This document shows positions 1 to 17,639 of a stretch of 64,000 nt of DNA, one piece after another (the stretch's first letter is position 1; every line of letters begins with the position of its first letter). Origin of the DNA: Eledone cirrhosa (taxonomy: Eukaryota); NCBI GenBank assembly GCA_964016885.1, contig OZ024741.1, positions 288,734,001-288,798,000 of the forward strand. The letters run 5' to 3'. The position numbers and the translations under genes are program-made. The notes beneath the pieces are model-generated. The model made no database searches. It was given only the letters and a program-made list of their open reading frames with translations, and was not told where the DNA came from.

Positions 1-3000
1 CACCACCACCACCGCCACCACCACCAGTACCACAACCGCCGCCACCAGCACCACCAACAACAACAACAACACAATCGCTACAATTAATGCCAACACCACC
101 ATCACCCTCACCATCACCATCACCTCTACCAACACAAAAACAACAACAACAACAACAACAACAACACAACCGCCACAATTATTGTCAACACCACCATCAC
201 CACCACCATCACCACCATCACCACCACCATCACCACCGCCACCACCACCACCACCACTGCCAACCACAAGAACACAATCGCCGCAATTAATGCCGCCACC
301 ACCTCCACCTCCACAACCTCTACCACCACAACCATCACCACCATTACCAGCACCACCGCCACCACCACCGCCACTACCACCAACACAACCACCAGCACCA
401 CCACCATCACCACCACAACCACCATCACCACTAACACCACCACCACCACCACCACCAACAAGAACAACAACACAACCACCACCTCCACCACCTCCACCAT
501 CACAACCTCTACCACCACCACCACCACCACCACCTCCACCACCACAACCTCCACCACCACTGCCACCACCAATATCACAACCGCCACCATAATCACCTAT
601 AGCATCATCAAAATACCATTAACACCACTTGTATCCTCTTTACCACCCCCCTCACCTACGTCTGGCCGAATCCTAACCACGTGACTACATCACTCCCCAG
701 CTTATCCCACTACCCCACCAACACCAGCTCACTGTTCGACCTCCATGACTTCTATCACCACTGTCACTCACTAACCGCCGTTTTGAAACAACCGTCACTA
801 ATGTTACATCCCCCTCTCCATAACGTCAGTATCACACACTGCCCTCTCAACAGAGCAGCTATCACCATCATCACCACCACCACCACCAACAACAACAACA
901 CCAAATACAACTGTAACAACACCACCATCACCACCACCACCACCATCACCACCACCACCACCATCACCAACAACAATAACAACACCCCCCACCATCACTA
1001 ACAACAACTTCAAAAACAATAACAATAACACCAATACCAACACCATCACCATCAATACCACCAACACTACCACCAACACTACCACCATCAATACCACCAA
1101 AATTACCACCAAAACTACCACCAACACTACCACCAACACTACCACCATCAATACCACCAACACTACCACCAACACTACCACCAAAATTACCACCAAAACT
1201 ACCACCAACACTACCACCAACACTACCACCAACACTACGACCAACACTACGACCAACACTACCACCAACACTACCACCAACACTACCACCAATTCTACCA
1301 CCAACACTACCACCAAAATTACCACCTAACTACCACCAATACTACCACCAGCACTACCACCAACACTACCACCAACACTACCACCAACACTACCACCAAC
1401 ACTGCCACCAACACTACCACCAACACTACCACCATCAATACCACCAACATTATCACCAACACGACCACCAACACGACCACCAACACTACCACCATCAATA
1501 CCACTAACACTACCACCAACACTACCACCAACACTACCACCATCAATACCACCCACACTACCACCAACACTACCACCCACACTACCACTAACACTACCAC
1601 CATCAATATCACCAACACTACCACCAACACTACCACCAACACTACCACCATCAATACCACCAACACTACCACCAACACTACCACCATCAATACCACCAAC
1701 ACTACCACCAACACTACCACCAACACTACCACCAACACTACCACCCACACTACCACTAACACTACCACCATCAATACCACCAACACTACCACCAACACTA
1801 CCACCAACACTACCACCAAAATTACCACCTAACTACCACCAATACTACCACCAGCACTACCACCAACACTACCACCAACACTACCACCAACACTACCACC
1901 AACACTACCACCAACACTACCACCAACACTACCACCATCAATACCACCAACATTACCACCAACACGACCACCAACACTACCACCATCAATACCACTAACA
2001 CTACCACCAACACTACCACCAACACTACCACCATCAATACCACCCACACTACCACCAACACTACCACCCACACTACCACTAACACTACCACCATCAATAC
2101 CACCAACACTACCACCAACACTACCACCAACACTACCACCATCAATACCACCAACACTACCACCAACACTACCACCATCAATACCACCAACACTACCACC
2201 AACACTACCACCAACACTACCACCAACAGTACCACCCACACTACCACTAACACTACCACCATCAATACCACCAACACTACCACCAACACTACCACCAACA
2301 CTACCACCATCAATACCACCAACACTACCACCAACACTACCACCAACACTACCACCAACACTACCACCAACACTACCACCATCAATACCACCAACATTAC
2401 CACCAACACTACCACCAACACTACCACCATCAATACCACCAACACTACCACCATCAATACCACCAACACTACCACCAACACTACCATCCACACTACCACT
2501 AACACTACCACCATCAATACCACCAACACTACCACCAACACTACCACCAACACTACCACCAACACTACCACCATCAATACCACCAACATTACCACCATCA
2601 ACACCACCAACACTACCACCATCAATACCACCAACACTACCACCAACACTACCACCAACACTACCACGCACACTACCACTAACACTACCACCATCAATAC
2701 CAGCAACACTACCACCAACACTACCACCAACACTATCACCATCAATACCACCAACACTACCACCAACACTACCACCAACACTACCACCATCAATACCACC
2801 AACACTACCACCATCAATACCACCAACACTACCACCAACACTACCACCCACACTACCACTAACACTACCACCATCAATACCACCAACACTACCACCAACA
2901 CTACCACCAACACTACCACTAACACTACCATCAACACTACCACCAAAATTACCACCAACACTACCACCAACACTACCACCATCAATACCACCAACACTAC

Positions 3001-3907
3001 CACCCACACTACCACCAACACTACCAGCAACACTACCACCAAAATTACCACCAACACTACCACCAATACTACCAACAACACTACCACCAACACTACCACC
3101 AACACTACCACCATCAATACCACCAACACTACCACCAACACTACCACCAACACTACCACCAACACTACCACCAACACCACCACCACCACTACCACCACCA
3201 CACCACCACCAACACCACCACCACCACCACCACCATCACCATACCACCACCACTACCCCCCCCACACCACCACCACCACTACCCCCCACACACACCACCT
3301 CCACCACCACCACCACCACCACGACCACCACCACCACCACCACCATTACCACCACGACATCCACCACCACCACCACCACACCCACCACCACTACCACCAC
3401 CACCACCACCACCACCAACACCAACATCACCAATACCACCACCACCAATAACACCACCAACACCACCAATACCGTCACCACCAATACTACCACCACCAAT
3501 AGCAGGAACACCACCTACACCACCAATACCACAACCACCAATACTACCATCACTAACACCCACCACCAATACCAACAACACCACCAATACCTCCACCACC
3601 ACCACCACCATTACCACCACCAACACCACCAATACAACCACGACCTCCACCACAACCACCACCACCACTACGACTACCCCACCAACACCACTAACACCAA
3701 CACCACCAATACTACCATCTCCACCACAACCAACACCACCAATACTACCATCTCCACCACAACCAACACCACCAATACTACCATCTCCACCACAACCAAC
3801 ACCACCAATACTACCATCTCCACCACAACCAACACCACCAATACTACCATCTTCACCACAACCAACACCACCAACACCACCAATACTACCACCACCATCA
3901 CCACCAT
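1..3907. repeat. (ACC/AAC)n low-complexity tract with 12-bp minisatellite (ACTACCACCAAC)n and a 27-bp sub-array at ~3700-3870
   Basis: Periodicity is directly visible. The 12-bp unit with CCATCAATA variants runs ~1050-3170, and the ORFs here are poly-V/P/T or GGSV repeats. Confidence 0.95.
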
Positions 3908-4225
3908 CTATTAGTAACTGTCTTTTTAGTATGCTTCGTTCTTAATGTTTTCCCGCCATTTTTAATTCTCTTTTTCTACCATTTTGTTAGAGATTTTTAA
4001 TGTTTATTCTGTAATAGTATTTTCATAAATACTTCTTTTTTTAGCTTTGTCTTTTATTAATCTTTTAAATATTTTTCTGTTTTTTTCCTTTATTGCTGTT
4101 GTTTTTGTTATTTTTGTGTCATTTTTCAGTTTCCTAATTTTTTTATTTAAATTCCACATTTTTTAAACATTTATTTTTATTTTTTCAACTTTCACTTTCT
4201 CTGGTGTTTATCCTTGTTAATATGC

Positions 4226-4734
<509 letters not shown>

Positions 4735-6480
4735 GGTGTTTATATGAATGACAGTGTGTGTGTGGGGGGTATCTGTTTGAGCTATTAACTATTAATATTA
4801 TCTGGCGGTTGTAAATTGATGGTGTTCACCCAGAAAACCATCTCATCAAACAATCACACCTCCATGCAACCCTTGTCAACCGTTGCCGGTGTAACTGTTT
4901 TCTCAAACCACTGTTGTCCGTGCTGCCGTTCCCACATTCTGCCCATCAACGCTAACCGCCACATTTCTGTCACTTTTCTCCCGTTATTTTTCATCAGCCA
5001 CTCACCTCTTGCTGTTCACACCTTGTTGTCCATCTTCCACTCACCGCTCACACTCCATCACTCGCAGACCCATTTCTCGTGGCTCGCCACCTGCTCACCG
5101 CTGCACAGTGTACTACACACACATTCTTCCTGGTCAGCAACAGCCCTTCACTTGAAGTCCAATGTTCGCTCACCGCTCACCAAGCACTCTACACCACTAG
5201 TTACATATTAATCCCGCCGCCCTCAACTCAACGCAAGAAAATCATAAACCAAAACAAACTTAGCATCCAATCTCTTCAATTGACTGATCAATTGATAATA
5301 TAAACAAATCGATAAATAAATAAATATTTTGATTAAAAAAATAAGCAAGCAAATAAATAAATCGATAAATAGACCGATACAGATTTCAAATGTTAAATTT
5401 GCTTGAATCAACACTGACCAGAAACTAAACATGAACGAGAAGCAAAGAAACATTGGACATTGTGGTCTCAGATATAGAAAAAGAACGCCATTGATCATAG
5501 ATCTGTTCGATCAAGACTAAAATTCCTATATCGTATGGTCATTGAGTGTCGTTGAACAACTAATAGTGTTATAGAACATGAACTGACGAGACGCTGATTC
5601 GTTTCCTAACAACATATTTATATTATTAATACTCTATAACGTTGTGAACAAACCTATTGAACATAAACATTTCACATTTCGCCCGCATTAACTAACCATT
5701 TAAAGAACCGTGTCTAGGAAATAGAAACCAATATTTCTCCTAAAACTGCAACTCTTAATATCCTGGGGAAAACTTCAGAATTTCAGAGGCGAAATTAATA
5801 TATAGTTGTTAATATGTCATCAATTCTGTAATATACTAGATTAATTAATACAATATAATAAATCATGTTGTATAAAAGACTACGGCTTCTGGAAATCGAG
5901 ATGTGGAACTGGTAAATGCAGAATACAGAAAAAATGGGTTATGAAACACTGATCTAAAATAGCAATTTTGGAAACTGTATATAGGGTCTAAGTGGGGTCA
6001 CTATTGTTGGGAGTTTAGCAGACTTTTCAAAAGTATTGTTTTCCTATTGTTTCTCCAAATATATTATTCAATATTCCCTTCTTTTTTGTGGTAGGGTAGT
6101 GTGATTTGAGGGAGGAGCTTCTGCCATTTCTAGCAACCGAACGGCCACGTAAGACACTCTTTTGGTTGATTCTTATATAGTGCCCATTTTACAGTTAAGT
6201 AGACTGAGCCATATGTTAGCTGAGTGACTTGGCCAGGAATATAAAACAGTACCATTATTAATGTACAAAATCTCTGACGTGGTATGTATTTTAACGATCT
6301 TTAAATGGCTTTGTGCTTAGTTAAATGAAAAGCTCTATTTTACAGCTCCTGAATAATTGAGGGAATTTTGCGATAAATGAGACGAAAAAAGAAAATCACG
6401 ACACAAACATAGAAAAACGCACACACACACACACACACACACACCGAAACACACATAAGCCCACGCACAAACACAAATAA

Positions 6481-6523
<43 letters not shown>

Positions 6524-7283
6524 AACACATACAGACTAAATACGAACACATACATATACTTGTATATACGCGTGTACTGACAAAATGATAAACAGATTGA
6601 ATGAAACAAATGATATTTAGAGATAGAGAGAATGAGAACAAGAAAAAGAGCGAGAAAGAAAAAGAAGTGAGGGAAGGGAATGAAAATATATATTTAATAT
6701 TTGTTTTTTTTCTCTGTCTTTTACAACATGATTGGACATGAAATAATTTCCAGTGAAATAACAGACCAATCACTTGATATCTCTTTAATCAGTAAATTAC
6801 TATTAAAATTGTGACGTTGATGGTTCTTTAATTAGGACTATTTCTGTGAGTGCACCAGAAGAGAGGCTCACTTTCTGGACTCTCGGTTTCACTTCGATTT
6901 TATTTGTTTCTCTTCCACGATGATTATATATTTTTTGTAACATCATTAACTCTTTCCTCTCCCCACCACCACTCAATAGATCCGACCATGAAAAAGTAGG
7001 TGCCACTCTTACTACTAGGTTTGTTTGCTTGATTTATTGCTTGCTCAAAAGAGTTCGTTCAAATATCTCAAGAATTATAGCAGGTAGGAAGTTAATTTTT
7101 AAAAATAAAAATCAATATCTGTTAAATAAATAAAATTATTATTGTGATTTGTTTTTAAATTTTGTTTTGTACTTTTAGCAAATTGTTTAGAAATTAAGTA
7201 CACAGACAAGTTATTTTCAACATATCGAGGCACTGTCATATTACACGAAAGACAAAATTAGTTACTCTATTTATAGTGAGACA

Positions 7284-7575
7284 GGCGGCGAATTGGCAGA
7301 GTCGGTAGAATACTTTCTTCGGTATTTGTTTCGGCTCTCTGAGTTCAAATCCTACCGAGGTAAATTTACCTTTCTTCCATTCTAGGTCGGTAAAAAATGC
7401 ACCTGTCAAATACTGGGGTTGATTCTTCCTCTACATCTCTTTCTTACTTCCATTCTCTCCCCCCACTCTATGCTTCCCTGGAAGAAATCTACGGTATTCA
7501 GACCTGGAGAGCGATGGGCTCCGCCAGGTTTTAAAATGTCCTAGAAACGCCGTATTTCAATACCCGACGACTCTA
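7284..7575 (+). mobile_element. tRNA-derived SINE, tail variant 2
   Basis: A-box-like TTGGCAGAGTCGGT and B-box GAGTTCAAATCC. The 3' tail CTGGAAGAAATCT...TCAGACCTGGAGAG recurs on the - strand at 28640-28750 and 36360-36420. Confidence 0.7.
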
Positions 7576-7644
7576 TCAGGAATTAGGAGACCATGCATAC
7601 ATGCATTTATATTTAAAAACAGGTTGTATTACATATTTCCTTCT

Positions 7645-7810
7645 AGTATTGACACACAACCAGCAACTTGGAGGAAGGAGAAAGCCGATTTTTTCGGCCC
7701 CAGTCCTTATTTTATCGATCCCAGAAGGATGAAAGGGAAAGTTGACCGCAGGGAAATTCGAACTCAAAAACGTAAAAGGTCGGAAATAAATAGTTCAAAA
7801 CATTTTTACT
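7645..7810 (-). mobile_element. tRNA-derived SINE, degenerate
   Basis: TTTTATCGATCCCAGAAGGATGAAAGGGAAAGTTGACC...TTCGAACTC is the reverse complement of the family core. Confidence 0.75.
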
Positions 7811-7950
7811 CACCCTCTTCTGGTTCTTTCAAACCCCCGCTCTCAATTTGTGCTAGATGCTGGTGGCTGTAAAACATAGTAGTAAAACATAGCGATTGAC
7901 ATGTTCATGAAAATACACATGTAATATATTGAAAATATTGGCACTTCTAA

Positions 7951-8107
7951 AGTGGTGGGTTGGCAGAATCACTAAAGCATTGGATAGAATGCCTCTCGGT
8001 ATTCGTTCCGGCTCCTTGCGCTCGAGTTCAAATCCCACCGTTGCCAACTTTATTTTTCATGTTTCCGTGGTCGATAGATATATTATCAATCAAGTACTGG
8101 GGTTGAG
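7951..8107 (+). mobile_element. tRNA-derived SINE, degenerate
   Basis: GGTGGGTTGGCAGAATC...GAGTTCAAATCCC...GGTCGATA...AGTACTGGGGTTGA. Confidence 0.75.
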
Positions 8108-8285
8108 TCTTCTCTCTCAGCATCAACTACCTTGCGCCGTGAGAAAGTTCTTCGGAGGCCATTAACAGTGTTTCTTTATTCGGAAGTGAAGAAGGATTGA
8201 TACATTACAGCCACCGTCCATAAATGGCTCAATCTGCAGCACACACACACACATACACACAGACACACACACAGACACAGACACA

Positions 8286-8322
<37 letters not shown>

Positions 8323-8461
8323 ACACGCACACACACGCGCGCACGCACGCATGCACGTGAGAAATAAAATAGATTGAGGGGACGGGTGCGTTGGAATTGG
8401 AAAAAATGTCTTTAGATAAAAATAACAGGTCCAGTCATGTTGACATCTCTTGCAAAACTAA

Positions 8462-8512
<51 letters not shown>

Positions 8513-8799
8513 GTAGATAAATCTACCAAAATATACGGTAGTGTCCAATCCGTATGAAGAACTCAATGTAATCCAAATATCATAAAAAGAGATGTATTCA
8601 AACATTTTTTCGATGATTATTTCTGAAGACAGCATATATATGTGTAGGTATTCCCTCTGATAGTTTGTAAAATTTTTACATAGATCTATATGATATACAT
8701 ACCAACACACACATATATATCCTAGAAACGATCGTAAAATGATGAATTTTTTAATATAAGGAACTGTTTCTTTGTTTTTATTCATTGTTTTTATTAATT

Positions 8800-8879
<80 letters not shown>

Positions 8880-9641
8880 TAGTAGGAGAAAATGGCTCTT
8901 GCAGCGTATCTCCCTTACCAACCTACGGGGAAACGCCTTCTCCATTCTGTCCGCCGGGGCTGCGGGGCGGCTAGCACGTGGGACCCTATTTACTCACAAT
9001 ACAGAAAGATGGGGAGGGAGGGCAAGAGAGATGGAGGCGATGACAGTCGGAGTTCGGCTCCTCCGTGTTCGGACACATTGCACCAGTCATGTGGATCATT
9101 GGATAATTCCATTTTACGTGCTTGTATATAGAATACGTCTATATATTATTTGTTCAGAGAATATATGACGATTGGATGTTAACAATAAAATAACCATCCG
9201 TTTACTAAACGCACCGGTTTGTGAAAACAATAGGTTAGTAATACAAAGTACACAGAGGCATATAACCAAAATGATGTTTCAGTAATAGTTAGTAATATAA
9301 AATGTCACCAAAGACTGATAAATACAGATAAATCTAAACACAGGATTCAAATATTTCCGCCTACCAAATTCCACACAGAAGCCTTTTAGTCGACATGAGG
9401 CTATGGCAGACAGTTCAGTGACCGCATAAAGGGTCCTCTGTTGACTCGTGTAAATATCAATAATACACAGGGGTGTGATGAAAAGTCTATAATGTATTCT
9501 ATCCCTTTTTGACAAATGCTTGACTCTGTACCTTGGCAGAAAAGAAAGAAACAAAATCAAAATTAGAAAAAGTAAATCAATTTATTTTGCCTTTTTTTAC
9601 AGCACATTTAATTATTAATTCAATAATAATTACAACAGCAA

Positions 9642-9693
<52 letters not shown>

Positions 9694-9977
9694 TATAATA
9701 ACAACAACAGCAGCAATAAGAATAGAATAATACACGCTAATTGTCAATATTAACATCACAAGGTCGAGGGTCATTGCCTCAAAAACAACAACAACAGCAA
9801 CAACAATAACGACGACGACGACAACGACAACAACAACAACCAAAGCAACAATAACAATATTAACATTAGCACTGAGAGCGGCCATTGCAACTGAAATAAC
9901 AACCCCAACAACAACAACAGCAAGATCAGTAGCAATAAAAACGACACAAAAAATCGACAACTACAAGAACAACAGCA

Positions 9978-9984
<7 letters not shown>

Positions 9985-10037
<53 letters not shown>

Positions 10038-10038
10038 G

Positions 10039-10070
<32 letters not shown>

Positions 10071-10113
10071 GCTGCTGCTGCTACTACTACTACTACTACT
10101 GCTGCTGCTACTA

Positions 10114-10190
<77 letters not shown>

Positions 10191-10212
10191 GCTGCTGCTG
10201 CTCCTACTGCTG

Positions 10213-10262
<50 letters not shown>

Positions 10263-10296
10263 GCTGCTGCTGCTACTACTACTACTGCTGCTGCTG

Positions 10297-10349
<53 letters not shown>

Positions 10350-10364
10350 GCTGCTGCTGCTGTG

Positions 10365-10432
<68 letters not shown>

Positions 10433-10448
10433 ACTACTGCTGCTGCTC

Positions 10449-10516
<68 letters not shown>

Positions 10517-10547
10517 GCTGCTGCTACTACTATTACTGCTGCTGCTG

Positions 10548-10615
<68 letters not shown>
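9985..10615. repeat. (CTA/CTG)n trinucleotide tract
   Basis: Directly visible. Confidence 0.95.
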
Positions 10616-10616
<1 letters not shown>

Positions 10617-10929
10617 ATAGTTGAACTACTATTAGACAGGAAACATCATCTATATCACAGCTCAATCTGCTAGAAATAGCAGCCACCCCTACCATTAACT
10701 CACAACGTACAGTTTTAAAGAAAACCCACATTGGATGAAGCAATAGGGGACAAATTGAAGAGAAGATTTAGGGGTTTCATTCTACTGCAGCATGGGGCTG
10801 ACCATGTGTCTAAACCAACAGCGAACAACACCACAATAACCATCACTACTAACACCACCGTCATTACAATCATCATCGCCACAACAACCACCACTACCCC
10901 CCCCCCACCACCACCACGAACCTCATCAC

Positions 10930-11730
10930 CATCATCACCACCAGCACCATCACCATCATCAGCACGAACACCACCACTATTACCACTACCACCACCATCA
11001 TCACCACCAGCACCATCATCAGCACTAACACCACCGACACCACAGCAACCACCACGAACACCACCACTATCACCACTACCACCACCATTATCACCACCAG
11101 CACCATCACCAGCACTAACACCACCGACACCACAGCAACCACCACGATCACCACCACTATCACCACTACCATCATCATCATCACCACCAGCACCATCATC
11201 AGCACTAACACCACCGACACCACAGCAACCACCACGAACACCACCACTATTACCACTACCACCACCATCATCACCACCAGCACCATCATCAGCACTAACA
11301 CCACCGACACCACAGCAACCACCACGATTACCACCACTATCACCACTACCACCACCATCATCACCACCAGCACCATCATCAGCACTAACACCACCGACAC
11401 CACAGCAACCACCACGAACACCACCACTATCACCACTACCATCATCATCATCACCACCAGCACCATCACCAGCACTAACACCACCGACACCACAGCAACC
11501 ACCACGATTACCACCACTATCACCACTACCATCACCATCATCACCACCAGCACCATCACCAGCACTAACACCACCAACACCACAGCAACCACCACGATCA
11601 CCACCACTATCACCACTACCACCACCATTATCCCCACCAGCACCATCACCAGCACTAACACCACCGACACCACAGCAACCACCACGATTACCACCACTAT
11701 CACCACTACCATCACCATCACCATCACCAG
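10930..11730. repeat. 90-bp minisatellite (~8-9 copies) built from (CAC)n
   Basis: AGCACTAACACCACCGACACCACAGCAACCACCACGA recurs every 90 bp (11021, 11111, 11201 ...), matching the 30-aa period of ORF 10731-11951. Confidence 0.9.
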
Positions 11731-12039
11731 CACCACAACTGTCACCAGCACCACTGCCACCACCGCCTCCACCAACACCGCCACCAGCACCATCACCATC
11801 ATCACTATCACCACCATCGTCACCACCACCATCACCAACACCAGCATCACAACCAGAACCATCGCCAGCACCAGCAGTACAAACACCACCAACACCACCT
11901 TCACTTCCACCACCACTACCAACAACAACAACAACAACTGTAAGGACATGAACAACAGCAACAACAATGGTATCAGAAGTGTAAAGGTGACATTAAAAGT
12001 TAACATCAATAGGGCAGGCATTGCTAGAGAAATAACGGC

Positions 12040-14260
<2,221 letters not shown>

Positions 14261-14324
14261 CAATAACCAAATGTAACAACAGTAAAAAGACTATAAATAT
14301 CATTAACAGCCAGTATAGAAGTAT

Positions 14325-14632
14325 TGATTTCTACATAAGGCACAAGGCCAGCAATTATGGGTGAAGGGGACAATTTGATTATATCAGCTCCAGTACTTCA
14401 CTGGTACTGTATTTTATCGACCCTAGAAGGATGAAATGCTATGTTAACCCTCGTAGGATTTGAACTCTCAACGTAAAGGGATGTAACTAAAAGCCACAAG
14501 GCATTTTGTCCAACACTACCGATTCTACTTATACGTCACCCTTAATAATTTGTTCTACTTTTGACACAAGCCCAGCAATTTGAAGGGAAATGGAAAGTTG
14601 ATTAAATCGACCCCAGTGCGTTACTGGTACTG
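14325..14632 (-). mobile_element. Two adjacent tRNA-derived SINEs (14325-14542 near complete, 14550-14632 3' part)
   Basis: GGCACAAGGCCAGCAATT...CTGGTACT...TTTTATCGACCC...GGATTTGAACTC. Confidence 0.8.
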
Positions 14633-15392
14633 CCCTAGTCAGTATGGAAAACATGTTGACTATGAGAGTGTCTCACATCTATCTACCAGCCTCATCAACG
14701 CGGCTAACATCAACACAAACGCCGCTAACACAAGCCCCACCATCAACAATGCTACCAATTAATATTTACACCTCCACCAACACTATCAGTAGCAACAACA
14801 CTAAAGGACCCCCAAACTACCCCCTTCACACAGTTAACCGCTACAGCAACATTACCCGTGTCCAAACATCATCTGTACCAGCACCATTAACACCACTAAC
14901 ATCTGCACGGACAGCAGCAGCAGCAGCAACAGCACCACCACCTCCACCACCACCTCCACCACCGCAATATCAACAACAATCACTTCTTTCACAAACCACA
15001 TCCTTTATATAAACCTTAGTATATAATTTTATTGACACCAAAAAGATGAAAGGGAAGGTCAACCTTGAGATTTTAACTGAGAACACAAAAGACCCTAACT
15101 AACTGCCGCAAGACATTTTACTCGACGCTCAATTCTATGAATATATAGATTCTATGAATATATATATAATTTATAGATCAGCGAGATCTCTTAATTGCCG
15201 CAAAATTTTTTAAATTTTTTTAATTACTTAAATTACTGCCATCTTTCGGACCCTTTTCATGTAACCCTATGTTAAAACTATGATACGTATCTCAAATTAC
15301 ACAGAATTTCCTTATCAACAATGTCGTCATCTAGTGTACAGCATCTAGCGTTTCAAATATACGCGCATACATAGAATTATAAATGCGTTAGA

Positions 15393-15690
15393 TCTCCGTC
15401 GGTTCCGACAAGTGTTCCAATTCTTTAATCAATTAAACAGTCTGTTCATGAAATTAACGTGTAAGTGGCTGAGCATTCCACTGAAATGTGTATCCTTAAC
15501 GTAGTTCTCAGAGAAATTCAACGTGATAAGGATGAATTGCAGGGACAACTCATTTTTGTCACCTAAGAAAACTGGTGTAATGCGAAGTAAAGTGTCGTGC
15601 TCAAGGGCACAATACTTTGCATGGAAGCGATCTTAGGTCTTAACATCGTGAACCGAGCGCCCGAACCGCTAAGCAACGCGCTTTCACAGT
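15393..15690 (-). mobile_element. Different, older tRNA-derived SINE with CORE-like segment
   Basis: The minus strand starts with a tRNA-like head (GCGCGTTGCTTAGCGGTTCGGGCGCTCGG) followed by TGTGCCCTTGAGCACGACACTTTACTT, which resembles a CORE-SINE core (recalled). Confidence 0.55.
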
Positions 15691-15934
15691 GATAAATACA
15701 TAAGCACAAAGCGCATATGCGCAAGCATTATGAAAAACAAACAAACAAAAAAACATACCGCACTCGCCAAAGCACACTCACAAGCTGGCAAACGCACGCA
15801 CGCCTGCATTCACACACACGCGCGCGCGCGCGCACACACACAAATCAATAAATTTTTCATTCATTCAAAATTTCCTCTGAGTTCAAGACAGAAAAGAAAA
15901 TGTTAACTAACTTCTTAATTTGCCGTTTTTACAT

Positions 15935-16358
15935 ATAGTTGTTTCTGATTTACGCAGAAGGCCAAGAATCTTTTTGATGGGGGACAGTCGATTAAATCAA
16001 CCTCAGTGTGCTACTGCTTTATTTTATCAATCCCGTAAGGATGAAAGGCAAAGCTAACATCGATGGGATTTGAACTCAGAACGTAAAGAGCTATAAACAC
16101 TATGCTGTAAGGCATGGTGTCTGACGCTCTATTGCTACTCCTAATCCACTGCCCTTGTTTTACATATAATTGTTTCTAATTTTGACACAAGGCCAGCAAT
16201 TATCTCAATGCATTAGTGGTGCTTTATTTTATCGACCCTATACGGATGAGAGGCAAAGTTAACCTCGGCGGGATTTGAACTCAGTCCGTAAAGCGCCATA
16301 ATTCTATGCTGCAAAGCATGGCGTCCAATCCTCTACCGATACTGCCAATCCACCGCCC
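15935..16358 (-). mobile_element. Two stacked tRNA-derived SINEs (15935-16154, 16168-16358)
   Basis: Family core and A/B boxes in both. TTTTACATATA is duplicated on both sides of the first copy. Confidence 0.85.
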
Positions 16359-16659
16359 TTTTAAGGTGTTACGTGTATTTTTAACCAAGTGTAATTGGAT
16401 ATTTAATAGTAAAATGACCTAAGGAAAACAACGTAGCCTTTTTCAATCGAACCTACCTGAAATCGCCCTAGATTTATGAGAGAAAACTGCTAATTTAAAG
16501 TGTTTGTACATATATTAAATCCTTTAATAATTTCATTTTAGACATTTTTCTAATCTAATGTTCTAAATATCAGCTTATTTATGAAACACTTTTATTTTAT
16601 TAAATTCCTTTGAATGTTTGGTTAGTTTCAAAATTATTTGAAACACATAGGCAGTGTAT

Positions 16660-16900
16660 TTAATTAAAAAATACTGAAAGGGGTCAAGTGTTCAATAGCA
16701 TACATTTGAATGACTAATTTAATGGGCTCTACTGTATGTCGCACATAAATTCTTATTATAATTATGGAAAAGCATCTTAACGATTCGGACACTAGTCTTT
16801 CATCAGCACATAAAATAGAAAGATAAAGAGTGAGAAGAGAAAAGAAGAGGAAAACACGAGAATAAAAACGCACGTGCTTATTCAGTCAGCCATTTTGGAG
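16660..16900 (-). mobile_element. Penelope-like terminal repeat remnant with decayed hammerhead motif
   Basis: The minus strand reads CTGATGA-AAGACTAGTGTCC-GAAT-CGTTAAG (16775-16810), similar in layout to 48105-48135. Confidence 0.4.
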
Positions 16901-16902
16901 AT

Positions 16903-17068
<166 letters not shown>

Positions 17069-17202
17069 ATGTGTGGATTTTGTATATCTAGTGATATACG
17101 GTATGTTTACAAATAAACATTTTGAAAGCCCTTCAGCTATGAATATCGACAGGCTGACGGCTGGTGTTGTCTAGCGGATTCCAGCAGAACCAGCAGGTGA
17201 TA

Positions 17203-17243
17203 ACTGCCAACACGTTTCTGGCTTAGGTCGTCATCAGGGCAGT
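17203..17243 (-). ncRNA. Minimal type I hammerhead ribozyme motif (Penelope-like element associated)
   Basis: The minus strand reads ACTGCC-CTGATGA-CGACCTAAGCCA-GAAA-CGTG-TT-GGCAGT: perfect 6-bp stem I, intact core, poorly paired stem II. Confidence 0.6.
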
Positions 17244-17595
17244 GCCTCCCCTGCCCTGCTCTCTGCTGGAAGAAATTGGTTGTGTTCAGACATGGAGAGG
17301 GGATGGTTTCCATCTGATTTAAAGCGCCTCAGACACTATGCATGTAACTACAGCATCTCTACCATACCATCGGGCATTTCGGGTCTAAGAAAAAAGAAAT
17401 AGTTCTATTACGAAGAGTTTTGTAGTCTTCATGCGTTTGATTTTATGTCGCACTTTCCTTCGGGAGAGCTATCCACTTATACCTTTGGCATATTTGTCAT
17501 TTGTCTTCAGTATTGGTGAGTCTATGGCGGATGTATCTGTTTCGTATTGGCGAGTCTGTCTCTTTTGTTTTGGAGGGGGTATCCCCTATTGGCGA

Positions 17596-17637
<42 letters not shown>

Positions 17638-17639
<2 letters not shown>

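Noticed and set aside
87-3907. Long poly-Val, poly-Pro and GGSV ORFs
   Set aside because: Products of (ACC)n-derived repeats, open in several frames and on both strands, with no domain content.
10731-11951. 406-aa extensin-like Pro-rich ORF
   Set aside because: It is a 90-bp minisatellite with a TTG start, and the antisense frame is equally open.
17431-17637. N-terminal extension of the endonuclease ORF
   Set aside because: Read-through of flank and (TATC)n (IYLS repeats). LINE homology starts at 17638.
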